From positions 32,622-96,621 of the IMG/VR virus record IMGVR_UViG_3300031999_000006: a stretch of DNA of 64,000 bases; one strand, written 5' to 3'. Position 1 is the first letter of the stretch; each line of letters starts with the position of its first letter. Both the position numbers and the translations under genes were made by a program. This stretch comes from a virus (Duplodnaviria > Caudoviricetes). Of this stretch, positions 1 to 9,812 are shown piece after piece. The notes beneath the pieces were generated by a model that searched no databases, was not told the origin of the DNA, and saw only the letters and a list, made by a program, of their open reading frames with translations.

Positions 1-1161
1 GGTTCCTCGAACCTCCACTACTCCAGTAGTCCAGAAGTTACCTCGTACAAGAATAACTTCCTGCCCTGTCTTTAGTATCTCATACGGAATGACTCCGACT
101 GGGCCTTTGCCCACTGCAGTCTCCAAAGCCTTCTGCAGTTGAAAGACGGATACTGTCGGGGTGACTCGAACTTTTGCTGATCCCGCCTTCTGAATGATCT
201 GGGCATTGAGATCACGACGGAGGGCAATCCACTCCTTCGCCTCAGGCGTTCCATGAGTCACCGTGATCATCTGCCGAGCCTTATACATCTGCTGGTACAG
301 GTCCTCAATATCCTTTGATAACTGCCCAACCATCGTCTCACCGCCTCGTGTCACCTGAGCCCACCGACCAGGCACTTCCATCGCCTTTGGTGTACCGGAG
401 CCTGGTGTGTATGGATTGAAACTCTGCCCAGTGGGTGCCGAGGCTTGCTTCGGGACGATCTCGAGTTCACACTTACAATTGAATAGACAAGGAGTATCAC
501 CCGCCCGGGGGGTGGTGGGCAACGTCTTCCATGTATAAACCTTCGAGGCCAGGACGGGGCAGAGATCGCAATGTTCCTCGACCGCCTCTGACATCACCCA
601 GTGAATCTCAACATTGTCACCTGCACCATTGACCATACCATTGAAGAATTGCGTCTTGCCCGAATCCGCATAGAACCCAGCTCGTTGCTGAAAAGAGAAT
701 CTCGGTTTAAAGTCTGGGTTCTTAATATCCATCAGAAACTTCCTGAGAAACTTTCCCTCGAAGTTCCTTGCCTTTTGAATGAACGATAGATCCCGCTTAG
801 TCAATCCAATGGCAGGATCATTATAGTAGGGATTGCCCATGGCGACAGCGCCTGCCTTAAACAAGGTCTGGTAATGCCCACTGGTTACCGACTTGAACTT
901 TGCGATGGCGCCAGCATAGTCCAACGATCCCCTCTGATAATCCGAGATCAGAGACATCATGTCAGTTTTGAAGGTTGCCATCGTCTGGGTGTAAAGTTCC
1001 ATACCCTTCTTCATCAGTTCCTTATTGGCAATTCCCAAATTGGCAAACATAGTTGTCTGCCCCCACATTAGCTGATCACGAGCAGTTGCACCACTGATCG
1101 CCTTATCCGACTCCTCGAGTCGATCTATGATATAGTTGATATTCTCTAGTGTGAGAAACAT
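1..1161 (-). CDS. Head morphogenesis protein (Mu gpF/SPP1 gp7-like), 3' end runs off the window
   Basis: Absent from the ORF track because it has no stop in the window. Hand translation from ATG at 1161 (MFLTLENINY...) stays open to base 1 and contains HCDLCP...LPTTPRAGDTPCLFNCKCE. It lies directly after the portal. Confidence 0.7.
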   Translation of the reverse strand, partial: MFLTLENINYIIDRLEESDKAISGATARDQLMWGQTTMFANLGIANKELMKKGMELYTQTMATFKTDMMSLISDYQRGSLDYAGAIAKFKSVTSGHYQTLFKAGAVAMGNPYYNDPAIGLTKRDLSFIQKARNFEGKFLRKFLMDIKNPDFKPRFSFQQRAGFYADSGKTQFFNGMVNGAGDNVEIHWVMSEAVEEHCDLCPVLASKVYTWKTLPTTPRAGDTPCLFNCKCELEIVPKQASAPTGQSFNPYTPGSGTPKAMEVPGRWAQVTRGGETMVGQLSKDIEDLYQQMYKARQMITVTHGTPEAKEWIALRRDLNAQIIQKAGSAKVRVTPTVSVFQLQKALETAVGKGPVGVIPYEILKTGQEVILVRGNFWTTGVVEVRGT

Positions 1162-1165
1162 CGGC

Positions 1166-2770
1166 CTAATCCTTCTTGATCAAAGCATCCTTACGATCAA
1201 TACCAACCTTCCTCTTTCCAGCAATAAGTGTATCTCGCATAGCACGTGCGGCGACGAGGTCCTTCAAGTCATGAAGCATGGCCCGAACCTCTGGATCCTT
1301 ACGAACTAAGGCGGCCAACTGAGGAGGAATCTGAACCGCTCCCATACCCATGTCACCATCACCGCCATCCCCACCATCACCATCCGTCATGGCGGCATAC
1401 TTCTGAATCTCATCATCATCGAATCCCAGGAGTTCCTTCATGATGTACAGGTTATTGACAACCCCAACATCAACCGCCAGGATCTTGGCGATGCTGGCCT
1501 TGATCGCCAGGATCTCCCACTTGATCATCTCATCCGTGGTCGCCAATTCTGGGAAGACTATCTCCCACTTGAATGAATCAGGATCTTTTCCTGAAAGGAT
1601 GAATATCAACTTGTAATACTGACGCAGTCCAGGAATGAGTGACTGCTGACGCCGCCGTACCTGGCGAGCAAACTGAACGTCAATCTGTCCCAGAGTTGCC
1701 TTCGCATTGACGCCCTCCTCCAGCGCAACATACGCCTTCGGTGTCGTAGTCGCCATGAGGAACTTACTCTGAAGATACTCAACGTCTCGGATGTTACCAA
1801 TGTTTGTATCCCCAGATAGTGGCTTCACGTCCGCCTTCGAACCATCACCCACCGGGATGCCTACGTCTTCATCAGGAAGTAACGGAGCATCCATCACCGT
1901 CGTCCGTCCTGTCGTTTTATCAGTAATGGAACGCTGAGTCCGGAGTCTGGTCATGAACTTCTCAACGAAGGTCAGGGCCTCATCAGGGCCCAACTTTCCT
2001 GTGTCCACGAAATATGCGAATCGTTGCCACGCACGGCTAAGTCGAGCCAACACCAACGCCTCATCAACCCAGATCAACTGACGACCGATCCTCAAGGCCG
2101 CGTTGGCAAACAACGAATAATCAACCCCGTAGATATCATTACCGATCTTAAAGTGAATGATCCTCCACCAATCAAAAGGAATCGGCAGGGTGGTTCCCGC
2201 AACTACCTGGGCATAAGGAAACTTCGGATCTTTCCAGGCGCCACGTTCATCAACAACGGCAATCATTTCTTTGGTCGGAAGCATCTTCAGTTTTTCCAAC
2301 CGTAACTCTTCACCAGGATCCTTGCCGATGACCACTTCACCAAAGACATCACCATCTCGGTTCAGGGCCCTGGCAATACTCCAGATCATGTCTTTGATCA
2401 AGGTACGATCTTCAGCATCCTCAACGATCTCCTCCAACTCATCAATATTGGATTCGTCTTCGTCAATCATGACATAGTAACTATCATCACCGCCCACTGT
2501 CCCAGAGACCACATTGTCGGCGTAGACATTGAGAGACGCGGCCGCTTCCGCCAGATTCTTATCCAGATAGTTATACTGGTCATACTTGTCCGAACGGGAA
2601 CCGGATATCCCCATCAAATCCGAATACTGATCTCGCCAGGTTCTTAACAAAGAGGAGAATCCAAGACTCACATCAGGTCGAAGTTCAGTCGAGAACTTAG
2701 AATCGGTAGGACCGAAAAAGAAACGGGCAAGCCCCTTCCTCACTGTGTCTACGAATTTATCTTCAGCCAT
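1166..2770 (-). CDS. Portal protein, T4 gp20-like
   Basis: LARLSRAWQRFAYFVDTGKLG and DVEYLQSKF resemble T4-type portal motifs; it follows the terminase. Likely start is MAEDKF at 2770. Confidence 0.85.
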   Translation of the reverse strand: MAEDKFVDTVRKGLARFFFGPTDSKFSTELRPDVSLGFSSLLRTWRDQYSDLMGISGSRSDKYDQYNYLDKNLAEAAASLNVYADNVVSGTVGGDDSYYVMIDEDESNIDELEEIVEDAEDRTLIKDMIWSIARALNRDGDVFGEVVIGKDPGEELRLEKLKMLPTKEMIAVVDERGAWKDPKFPYAQVVAGTTLPIPFDWWRIIHFKIGNDIYGVDYSLFANAALRIGRQLIWVDEALVLARLSRAWQRFAYFVDTGKLGPDEALTFVEKFMTRLRTQRSITDKTTGRTTVMDAPLLPDEDVGIPVGDGSKADVKPLSGDTNIGNIRDVEYLQSKFLMATTTPKAYVALEEGVNAKATLGQIDVQFARQVRRRQQSLIPGLRQYYKLIFILSGKDPDSFKWEIVFPELATTDEMIKWEILAIKASIAKILAVDVGVVNNLYIMKELLGFDDDEIQKYAAMTDGDGGDGGDGDMGMGAVQIPPQLAALVRKDPEVRAMLHDLKDLVAARAMRDTLIAGKRKVGIDRKDALIKKD

Positions 2771-3191
2771 TGTCTCTTCCTTCTGACATAATTGCGTTCT
2801 CCCCGAAGTACCGGACGAGATCGTCAATTGAATAAAACACTGGTATACCAAGCTCTTTTGCCAGGCCCAGTTCTCCCCTTACCCCCAAGGATGTGTCCCA
2901 TCCTGATAACAACAGAATCGCATCGGCAACTACCAACCACGACAGGTCACACGTTTGCATAGTTACTCCTGTGGGCAGGACGGTATCAGTCGGTCGTGCA
3001 ATCCAATACATGAAGTCTACGAAAGGACAGTACGGTGCGAATCCTTTAGCAATAAGTTCAGTCGCCGCAGTTATTCCCTGCCGAACATTATCCAGATATT
3101 CGGCCACCTGATTGTGTCCACCATTCTCTGAAGGAGATAGACGCCCAGTTGGTGTAATAGGTCCTGCTATAAAGACTCTTACTTTTCTCAT
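2763..3191 (-). CDS. Nucleoside 2-deoxyribosyltransferase-like (DUF1937/DUF4406-type) protein
   Basis: VFIAGPIT...DLSWLVVADAILLLSGWDTSLGVRGELGLAKELGIPVF. Confidence 0.7.
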   Translation of the reverse strand: MRKVRVFIAGPITPTGRLSPSENGGHNQVAEYLDNVRQGITAATELIAKGFAPYCPFVDFMYWIARPTDTVLPTGVTMQTCDLSWLVVADAILLLSGWDTSLGVRGELGLAKELGIPVFYSIDDLVRYFGENAIMSEGRDNG

Positions 3192-3466
3192 GGTTTCACT
3201 CCACACTTACGTAGTGCCTTTTTCAATGGTGTTCCAAATAGATCGAAGTGGGGTTGGTAATGCTTATGGTGCAACCACTCAGTTTTCAGACCGAGTTCCC
3301 GCATCACCTGACCCAACTGAGTCAACGAAAGTCCACCAATCATCAAGTGCATCGTTTCTTTGCCTTTGTATTGCACCACATTAGGATAGACAGCAATGTT
3401 TCCCATTCGTACCCAGGCTCGTGCCTCTCGGTACTTACCAAAGGGAAAGAATCGCCATTCCATCAT
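3188..3466 (-). CDS. DUF4031-like small protein
   Basis: HLMIG...LGLKTEWLH...PHFDL pattern. Confidence 0.5.
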   Translation of the reverse strand: MMEWRFFPFGKYREARAWVRMGNIAVYPNVVQYKGKETMHLMIGGLSLTQLGQVMRELGLKTEWLHHKHYQPHFDLFGTPLKKALRKCGVKP

Positions 3467-3769
3467 CTATCTCCTCTTCCTTCGTTTAACAGCAAATGTA
3501 AGGATGATCGTAACGAAGGGACTGAACGGCCCCAGGATCTTCCCCCACTCTACTAACTCCGTCTTTAACTTTTCATAGAATGTTGGCGGAGGAGGTGGGG
3601 TAGCTGGAGTGTAATGCTCAGGTGGAAGAACATACTCAGGAAGAGCCTTTGAGAGTTTATACATCTCAGCGAATTGTGGAGTTGCAGGTACCAGTGTTGG
3701 CTTCACCCAAAACCAGCCTACCAGGGCCAATGTCAAGATGATAAGAACCCAAACAATGATGTCGCGCAT
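3467..3769 (-). CDS. Membrane protein with two TM segments and a Pro-rich linker
   Basis: Hydrophobic N- and C-terminal stretches, basic tail KRRKRR. Confidence 0.55.
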   Translation of the reverse strand: MRDIIVWVLIILTLALVGWFWVKPTLVPATPQFAEMYKLSKALPEYVLPPEHYTPATPPPPPTFYEKLKTELVEWGKILGPFSPFVTIILTFAVKRRKRR

Positions 3770-3771
3770 CT

Positions 3772-5751
3772 CTATCTCCTTATGATCTTGCTTCCACCCA
3801 TGAAGTGTCGAAGATCCTCTTCCATATTTGCCCTTTCCACTTTCATGCGCTCCGCCTTTTCATTCCTCAACGGATTCTGATGACCACCTGGTTGTGGTAA
3901 CCGTGCCTCTTGCTCAGCATCCGAGAGGCTAGAGGAGTTCAGATAGCACTTCCAAACTGCTCCGGCCAATCCATCCGAAACATCCTTAGATCCATTGGCA
4001 GGGTGATCAACCTTATCTCCCTTTTTCTCCAGACGAGACAACTCGGTAATCAATCGTTCGTAATGATAGATAATGATTCGAGAGTCAAAGAAGCAATCCT
4101 TCAGATAGGCATACGGAGCAATGTCCCTATCTACCGATAGCTCCTCAGCACGGAATCCCTTTGAGTTCAATTCCTGAATTGCCTCAGTTGAGTTCCAGGA
4201 GTCATAGGTGACACACCCAAATACCATGCCATGGTTCCTCAAAAGATAAAGGATCTCACGAACCTTCTTGAACCTAATCTCACCACCATGGGGTGGATTG
4301 ATCCGAAGAGTCAAGTCTGTCTCAAACATCGGTTCCTCAACCTGTCGTCCAGCGCGCATCACGTTCTTCCATCCTGACAGGTGCACCACAACGAATCCTG
4401 TTGAGTCTCCTGACTTTGAGGAGTCAATGTGAGCATAGCGGAGTTTGTTAGGATGTCGAATAGGTCGCAACCGCTTTTCCTTTTCGTCCATCTTAAAAAG
4501 TTTATCTATGATCAAAGAGGATCCATCCTCCAGAGTTGTCTCCTCAATCGTCCAAGGATGGCTTAGCACACCAGTCGGATCACAGGCGGCCCAGATCACA
4601 TCAGTGTCTTGAAAGAAAGGCGAGATCGCTCTAGTGACCTCACCACCGAAGTCTCGAACGGCGCCTTCAATATCTCGAACGAAGTCATCCCACAGCTCCA
4701 CCGGTGGGGTGATGATCTTTCCTTCTATGTTGTCCAACTCCTTACTGATCACCTCTCCCGTTTTCTTATTATAGGAATCTAAAAGGCGGGAGCCTCGACG
4801 AGAGGAACCCACCTCCATGCGAAAAGATTTCGAACCATATACTTCACTACCTTGAACGTAATGCCCCTTCTTTGCTTCCCAAATTGACTTTCGGATGACC
4901 TTTACTGTCTTTCCCAGTTCCCCAGACGCCTCAGCCTCGGCAATGCGCCGTTCAATGAAGTCGTCCGGATACTGAGCAGACGATAGAAGGAAAAACTTCC
5001 CCAGAGGCAAGCCCCCAGCCGAAAACCGACCCTTCATTCTTCGTGAGATAACATCGTACAAACGTTGGGCAGGATCAAAAGCTTCACCATAGGTGCGCTT
5101 AGATTTTTCAATCACCCGGAAGAAGTTTAACTCGTCACCTATCCCAGCATAGATATCGTCGCCCAAGGCCGACAACGAATCTCCTGTACCAGGTTTGAAC
5201 ATGATCTGTGAGCCTGTTCTATTTTTCAAATCACTGGAATCTTGACTAGTACGCCAAATCAACGAATCCATTAATCTCATGTCACGTGGGAAGCGTTCCT
5301 TAAAATATGGTGACGCGTCAACCATGTTCTTGACACGAGTGAAAATAACTTCACGTGCCTTCTGAGCATTCACTGACATATTGATCAAGACAATTGGTGA
5401 AGTCGCTGACCCACCTAACCACCGATGGGGCGAGTTAAAGGATCCTATCTTATAGATCATGTAACACATCCCCAATGCGGCTATGAATGACTTACCAATA
5501 CTAGTTGCACCAGTGAGAATCACTTCAATATATGTCTTGTTGGGATTGAAGATATCAATTAGTTCCGGCCTATTGTCTGGATAGAGATCCTTCGCCACCT
5601 TGCCCATGAAGTAATCGTCCTCAAGGAATCGCTCAATATCTACCGGAGGACTCCCCTCTCGATAAATCGTTGCCATATCCAGCCCAATCGTTTCAATGGA
5701 CAAGGAGTTACGATTCACTGACTCAACTATCTTCAAGAGATCGAGTTCCAT
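3772..5751 (-). CDS. Terminase large subunit
   Basis: Walker A GATSIGKS, Walker B GIGDELN, nuclease motifs HIDSSKSGDSTG and DHPANGSKDVSDGLAGAV. Confidence 0.9.
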   Translation of the reverse strand: MELDLLKIVESVNRNSLSIETIGLDMATIYREGSPPVDIERFLEDDYFMGKVAKDLYPDNRPELIDIFNPNKTYIEVILTGATSIGKSFIAALGMCYMIYKIGSFNSPHRWLGGSATSPIVLINMSVNAQKAREVIFTRVKNMVDASPYFKERFPRDMRLMDSLIWRTSQDSSDLKNRTGSQIMFKPGTGDSLSALGDDIYAGIGDELNFFRVIEKSKRTYGEAFDPAQRLYDVISRRMKGRFSAGGLPLGKFFLLSSAQYPDDFIERRIAEAEASGELGKTVKVIRKSIWEAKKGHYVQGSEVYGSKSFRMEVGSSRRGSRLLDSYNKKTGEVISKELDNIEGKIITPPVELWDDFVRDIEGAVRDFGGEVTRAISPFFQDTDVIWAACDPTGVLSHPWTIEETTLEDGSSLIIDKLFKMDEKEKRLRPIRHPNKLRYAHIDSSKSGDSTGFVVVHLSGWKNVMRAGRQVEEPMFETDLTLRINPPHGGEIRFKKVREILYLLRNHGMVFGCVTYDSWNSTEAIQELNSKGFRAEELSVDRDIAPYAYLKDCFFDSRIIIYHYERLITELSRLEKKGDKVDHPANGSKDVSDGLAGAVWKCYLNSSSLSDAEQEARLPQPGGHQNPLRNEKAERMKVERANMEEDLRHFMGGSKIIRR

Positions 5752-6189
5752 CTACTTCTTTTCTTTCTGTATCTTCACTGAGATAGTCAGACGGATATAC
5801 CGCTCCCAGGTTCGACTTTGTTTACTACCTTCACCATGAAGAATCCAATCACGAGTGACTTCCGTAGCATCGCTAAAATCAATCTCAACCCCCTGCCGAA
5901 GGAACTGGTCGAACGCCAGATCGACCACCTTCCCTCTGATCTCATTGAAGAAGTGATTGTTGTAACGATTGAACTTAATAATCCCCCCCAGGTAATCCTG
6001 AACGACGAGTGCCGTCACTGCACACTGGCCGAGAGATGGATTACATTTATTCCACTGGTCAGCGCATTTCGGATAGGCAGTATCCTTACTCCACGAGTTC
6101 CTGATCTCATTGACGAATGCTGGAGGAACAATACATTCTTTGCCTTGACCTTCCTCAATGAATGAATAGTCTATTCGCTTTCTGTTCAT
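5752..6189 (-). CDS. YunG-like protein
   Basis: SWSKDTAYP..W...NPSLGQCAVTALVVQDYLGG...HFFN...DLAFDQF. Confidence 0.65.
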   Translation of the reverse strand: MNRKRIDYSFIEEGQGKECIVPPAFVNEIRNSWSKDTAYPKCADQWNKCNPSLGQCAVTALVVQDYLGGIIKFNRYNNHFFNEIRGKVVDLAFDQFLRQGVEIDFSDATEVTRDWILHGEGSKQSRTWERYIRLTISVKIQKEKK

Positions 6190-6668
6190 TACGCAACCGC
6201 CTTCGCTAACTCCTGGGCTTTCTGAATCTCCTGCACGAACCACACCAGCAGTTCCTGCTTCCGTTTATTGAACTCATCTAAGAGTTGCGTCTTAAAAGGT
6301 TCGGGCAGTTTTTCAAAACTCTGCTCAACAAACCCTTTTCGGATGTTCCGTTCCGATTCACCAAGGAGGGGAGCAACGGCATCAAGGAACTGCTCCGACT
6401 CAATGACCCACAAAGAGATCAGTCGGGCAACACCAAGTTCCTTATAGGTAGATGCGGCGAAAGTCCCCTTCGCAAGCTTCTCGGCTTGATCAACTATGAA
6501 CTTCTCATAGTTATCGTAAACACTATTGTATGCTTTGAGTCTTGACTGTGCACGAGCTACTGTACGATAAGTAACATCAACCACATCACCACGTAAAACT
6601 TGAACCGCGGCATGCTCGGCGGCGATTTCTGCTTGGACAACTGCTAAGGACTCTTCAGCTTCGGCCAT
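6189..6668 (-). CDS. Helical protein, candidate terminase small subunit
   Basis: First gene after the AT-rich gap at ~6700, two genes upstream of TerL, strong SD (AAGGAG). The function is inferred from position only. Confidence 0.35.
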   Translation of the reverse strand: MAEAEESLAVVQAEIAAEHAAVQVLRGDVVDVTYRTVARAQSRLKAYNSVYDNYEKFIVDQAEKLAKGTFAASTYKELGVARLISLWVIESEQFLDAVAPLLGESERNIRKGFVEQSFEKLPEPFKTQLLDEFNKRKQELLVWFVQEIQKAQELAKAVA

Positions 6669-6739
6669 GATTTCTCCTTCTCTACGCGTAACTGCTTACT
6701 TCATATTAATATATTATAAGTTTCTATTGGGATTACAAG

Positions 6740-7162
6740 TCACTTAGAACCTAAGGCATCCTTTACGTCCTTGAGAAGATTATCCAACTCGTGCCGATAA
6801 ACACGACGAGCCGATTTAGCAAGGAGAGTATCAGTGACTTTCTTCTCCTTATCCTTTTCGGCGTGAAAGATCTCTGAAACTTTTCTGGTTGAGATCCCAA
6901 AGTAATTAGCCAACCGAGTTCTTGTTACCGAATTATTCTTGGTAACCAGTGAATTACGAATCACTTTTGATCGGTACGTCTTCCAAATAGTATCCAACTT
7001 TGGAAACAACACAGTATCACCAGCAAAAGTGGTTACCAACTTGACAGAAACTTCCGGAGGAAATAACATTAGCAGATCCCCCAGGACCGAAGTAGGATAA
7101 GTTTCCGCCACTGATACCATGGCCTCAAGGAATATCTTTTCAGCTTTGGTCATCGACTCCAC
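6740..7162 (-). CDS. Mor/C-like transcription activator (HTH)
   Basis: LVTTFAGDTVLFPK...LANYFGISTRKVSEIF. Confidence 0.55.
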   Translation of the reverse strand: MESMTKAEKIFLEAMVSVAETYPTSVLGDLLMLFPPEVSVKLVTTFAGDTVLFPKLDTIWKTYRSKVIRNSLVTKNNSVTRTRLANYFGISTRKVSEIFHAEKDKEKKVTDTLLAKSARRVYRHELDNLLKDVKDALGSK

Positions 7163-7820
7163 TCTCTTCCAATACTTCCTGTAAAAGTTTCTTTACCCTA
7201 GCTAGTGCCTTTCGGTTATTCTTGTAATACGGGTGTGACGAGAGACGATCAAGAACCTTCAGGCACCATCCCTTCCTGGTTTCACTGATCTCTAGTTGCT
7301 TTGCAGGATCTAGGAACTCACCAATTACTTCCCCAGTTCCTCTTTGATCATCAGAATCTATCCTGATCATCCGATCTCGTTTCTGTCGGCCGATATAAAA
7401 AAGACATCTTACCGTAGAAGGTGCCAGCTCAGTTGCTTCGGAAATTTGGTCAAACGATAGCTCCTCATCTTCTTTTAATTTAATAATAAGCCTTTCTTTC
7501 TCGCTAAGAGCCATTGGTATTCCATTCTGCTTCGATACACCCGCAAGACTATAATAAATGTAAGGCCAGATTCTAGTATAAAGGAAGTTGGTGGGTGCCA
7601 CCAGGTGCCGTTTCAACTGATCAGGATTCCTCAAATTCTTCCACATCTTGAGGAGCACCTCTTGCGAGATATCCTCAAACCAAGGAGAGTAAGATGGATA
7701 CTTTGAAAGAATCACTGAAACTAATGGACGACAGGCACCTATCAGCTCCTCGAATATTTTAGGATCTTCCGTTGCGCAGTATTCAGTGAACAAGCGATCA
7801 ATCGTTTCTTTGTCGTACAC
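7140..7820 (-). CDS. Sigma-70/ECF-like RNA polymerase sigma factor
   Basis: Region 2-like FEELI..RPLV...EDISQEVLLKMW; region 4-like LSEKERLII...LSFDQISEATELAPSTVR. Confidence 0.65.
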   Translation of the reverse strand: MYDKETIDRLFTEYCATEDPKIFEELIGACRPLVSVILSKYPSYSPWFEDISQEVLLKMWKNLRNPDQLKRHLVAPTNFLYTRIWPYIYYSLAGVSKQNGIPMALSEKERLIIKLKEDEELSFDQISEATELAPSTVRCLFYIGRQKRDRMIRIDSDDQRGTGEVIGEFLDPAKQLEISETRKGWCLKVLDRLSSHPYYKNNRKALARVKKLLQEVLEESGVDDQS

Positions 7821-8748
7821 AGAGGGTCTCCAACAACAATTTCCCAGCGGCTAGATCATCAAACCCCGACTCTGCCTCCCCCACTGCTTTGGTCAAGTCC
7901 GCTACGGACGCCTCAGCAGGGTCTTTTGAATGTATGAAACAGATACGAATTTCGATATTCTCGTTACGTCTTGTCCTCAGCAACTTCGTTGCCAGGGTGA
8001 TAGCATCCACCCGGGCATCCTTGTCCAACATGACATAAAAGGCACTGGTTGGCAATCGCCACAATTTGGCCGTCTGATAGTTACTCAGCGACTTGCCCAA
8101 GATTGCCATAACATTGAACTCATCAGTACCCAGTTTCTTCCTAACTGCGATTGCATCGAAAACACCCTCGACCAAAAGCACCTTCTTTGTCGAGTATCCC
8201 TCATAACCAAAGATTGCCTCTCCGGCGGTCAGTATAGTTTCTCCACGATGAGGATAAAGATACTTTGGGTAGAGGGACTTGAATACTGCACGAGCGACGA
8301 AACAAACCAGCCGCCTTGACTCATAGATAGGAATGATCACCCGACCACCATACCTACCCGTATTCGTATATCGTATATCATACTTAGTAAAGTCACTCTC
8401 ATCAAGATCCCGTGCCTTCAAATACTCGACTGCTTTCCTTTCTGAAAACAAACCAGAAAGGCCGATAGGCTTGAAGTCAAACGGAATAGGCTGGTGCAGA
8501 AAAGCATCCGCCTTAGGAGCCCGGGATCTCATCTCCTCAATGATAGTTTCGTCAATACCAGAATCCCGAAGTAGTGCACGAAGTGCCCCACTAGCACCAC
8601 AACGAAAGCAGTGGTATACCTCTTTCTCGGGATTGAGAAAGCAATGACTATGGGTTGGATGATCACCATCTGGGCAGTAGGGACATGGAATGATAAACTC
8701 GTCAGAGTTTGCCCACTGCCCCTTCGGAAAGATTTGATCAAGCATCAC
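7798..8748 (-). CDS. DNA primase (Zn finger + Toprim)
   Basis: CPYC...HCFRCGASG, GRVIIPI, LVEGVFDAIA, MLDKDA. Confidence 0.9.
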   Translation of the reverse strand: MMLDQIFPKGQWANSDEFIIPCPYCPDGDHPTHSHCFLNPEKEVYHCFRCGASGALRALLRDSGIDETIIEEMRSRAPKADAFLHQPIPFDFKPIGLSGLFSERKAVEYLKARDLDESDFTKYDIRYTNTGRYGGRVIIPIYESRRLVCFVARAVFKSLYPKYLYPHRGETILTAGEAIFGYEGYSTKKVLLVEGVFDAIAVRKKLGTDEFNVMAILGKSLSNYQTAKLWRLPTSAFYVMLDKDARVDAITLATKLLRTRRNENIEIRICFIHSKDPAEASVADLTKAVGEAESGFDDLAAGKLLLETLCVRQRND

Positions 8749-9491
8749 TTCGCCTTGAATCTATCAGTAAGCATCTTCATGTAGTCGATCTCGACTGTTC
8801 GATTATTTGGACACCCCTCAGGATGCCAGGAGGACTCGCCTAATGCCATGTCAATAAGAATCCATCGACCATCTCGTGCCTTACAAAAGTCCACCGACCA
8901 AAACCCCTTCATCACATCCGCTACTCGGAGAGCATATCCCATAAGTAATACTATTTCACCAGTGGTCTCCTCATTCATTTTATCGGACAACTTGGACCAG
9001 TTCTTGACACTAGGATTATCAATAGCTTCTTTTATCCAATATGAATGATGACAAAGGACCTTCCCGTTTTCTATAAAATACCTTCGTTCCGGGTTAACCG
9101 GCATAGCTCCATAGAAGGCAGTATACTTGGAAGCCATAGGAATGTATTCTCGAAAAGCAAAAGCATTGACTGGACGACCCATCATATCACACCCCAAAGT
9201 TGCATCGGTAAGAGCCCAGATGTGTTGCTGAAGATCCTTCTCGACATAACTGTTCAGGAAACAAGTCTTTGACCACTCGTGTTTCCCTGACAATTGATCA
9301 GTCCGAATAAAGACGGGGAGACCAAGTATTGTAACCGCCTCCTTAAACTCATCCATCTGGGGATACTTTCCACCATCCTCAACTTCGTATGCCATCTTAG
9401 GATCCACCTTCACCATAATTGTCTTGGGCTGAGGAATAGAAAGGTCCTTGACTTTAGGCCACCAATAAAGCATGCTATTTTTATCTTCCAT
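8745..9491 (-). CDS. ATP-grasp protein (R2K/DUF4343-like)
   Basis: PVFIRTDQLSGKH, ERRYFIENGKV, WSVDF...WILIDM. Confidence 0.6.
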   Translation of the reverse strand: MEDKNSMLYWWPKVKDLSIPQPKTIMVKVDPKMAYEVEDGGKYPQMDEFKEAVTILGLPVFIRTDQLSGKHEWSKTCFLNSYVEKDLQQHIWALTDATLGCDMMGRPVNAFAFREYIPMASKYTAFYGAMPVNPERRYFIENGKVLCHHSYWIKEAIDNPSVKNWSKLSDKMNEETTGEIVLLMGYALRVADVMKGFWSVDFCKARDGRWILIDMALGESSWHPEGCPNNRTVEIDYMKMLTDRFKAK

Positions 9492-9492
9492 T

Positions 9493-9693
9493 CTACTCTC
9501 CAAGTATCAGGTTCAAGGCATCCCGGAGTAACCGATAGTATTTCTTCTTCCTCTCGTGTTCGATCTTAGGTTCCAAGAACCCTTCTGGCTTCATGATAGT
9601 GTACAAGCACTTGCCATCCTTAAGATCGTCCGTATTCTTAATATGGATCTCGTCGATCTGTCGAAGGTTGGAAAACACCCTGATAATCAACAT
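9493..9693 (-). CDS. Hypothetical protein
   Basis: Tightly coupled ORF MLIIRVF... Confidence 0.5.
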   Translation of the reverse strand: MLIIRVFSNLRQIDEIHIKNTDDLKDGKCLYTIMKPEGFLEPKIEHERKKKYYRLLRDALNLILGE

Positions 9694-9812
9694 TACTTTA
9701 TCAATCCTAAATGAATAAGTGCCCAGCACATTGTGAACCCACTGACGAGGCCGATTACAACGAAGACCACCACATCACCCGTCGTTACTTGAAACCGTGC
9801 TTGTTGGCTCAT
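9693..9812 (-). CDS. Small membrane protein (39 aa)
   Basis: Hand-translated MSQQARFQVTTGDVVVFVVIGLVSGFTMCWALIHLGLIK; start and stop overlap both neighbours. Confidence 0.5.
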   Translation of the reverse strand: MSQQARFQVTTGDVVVFVVIGLVSGFTMCWALIHLGLIK

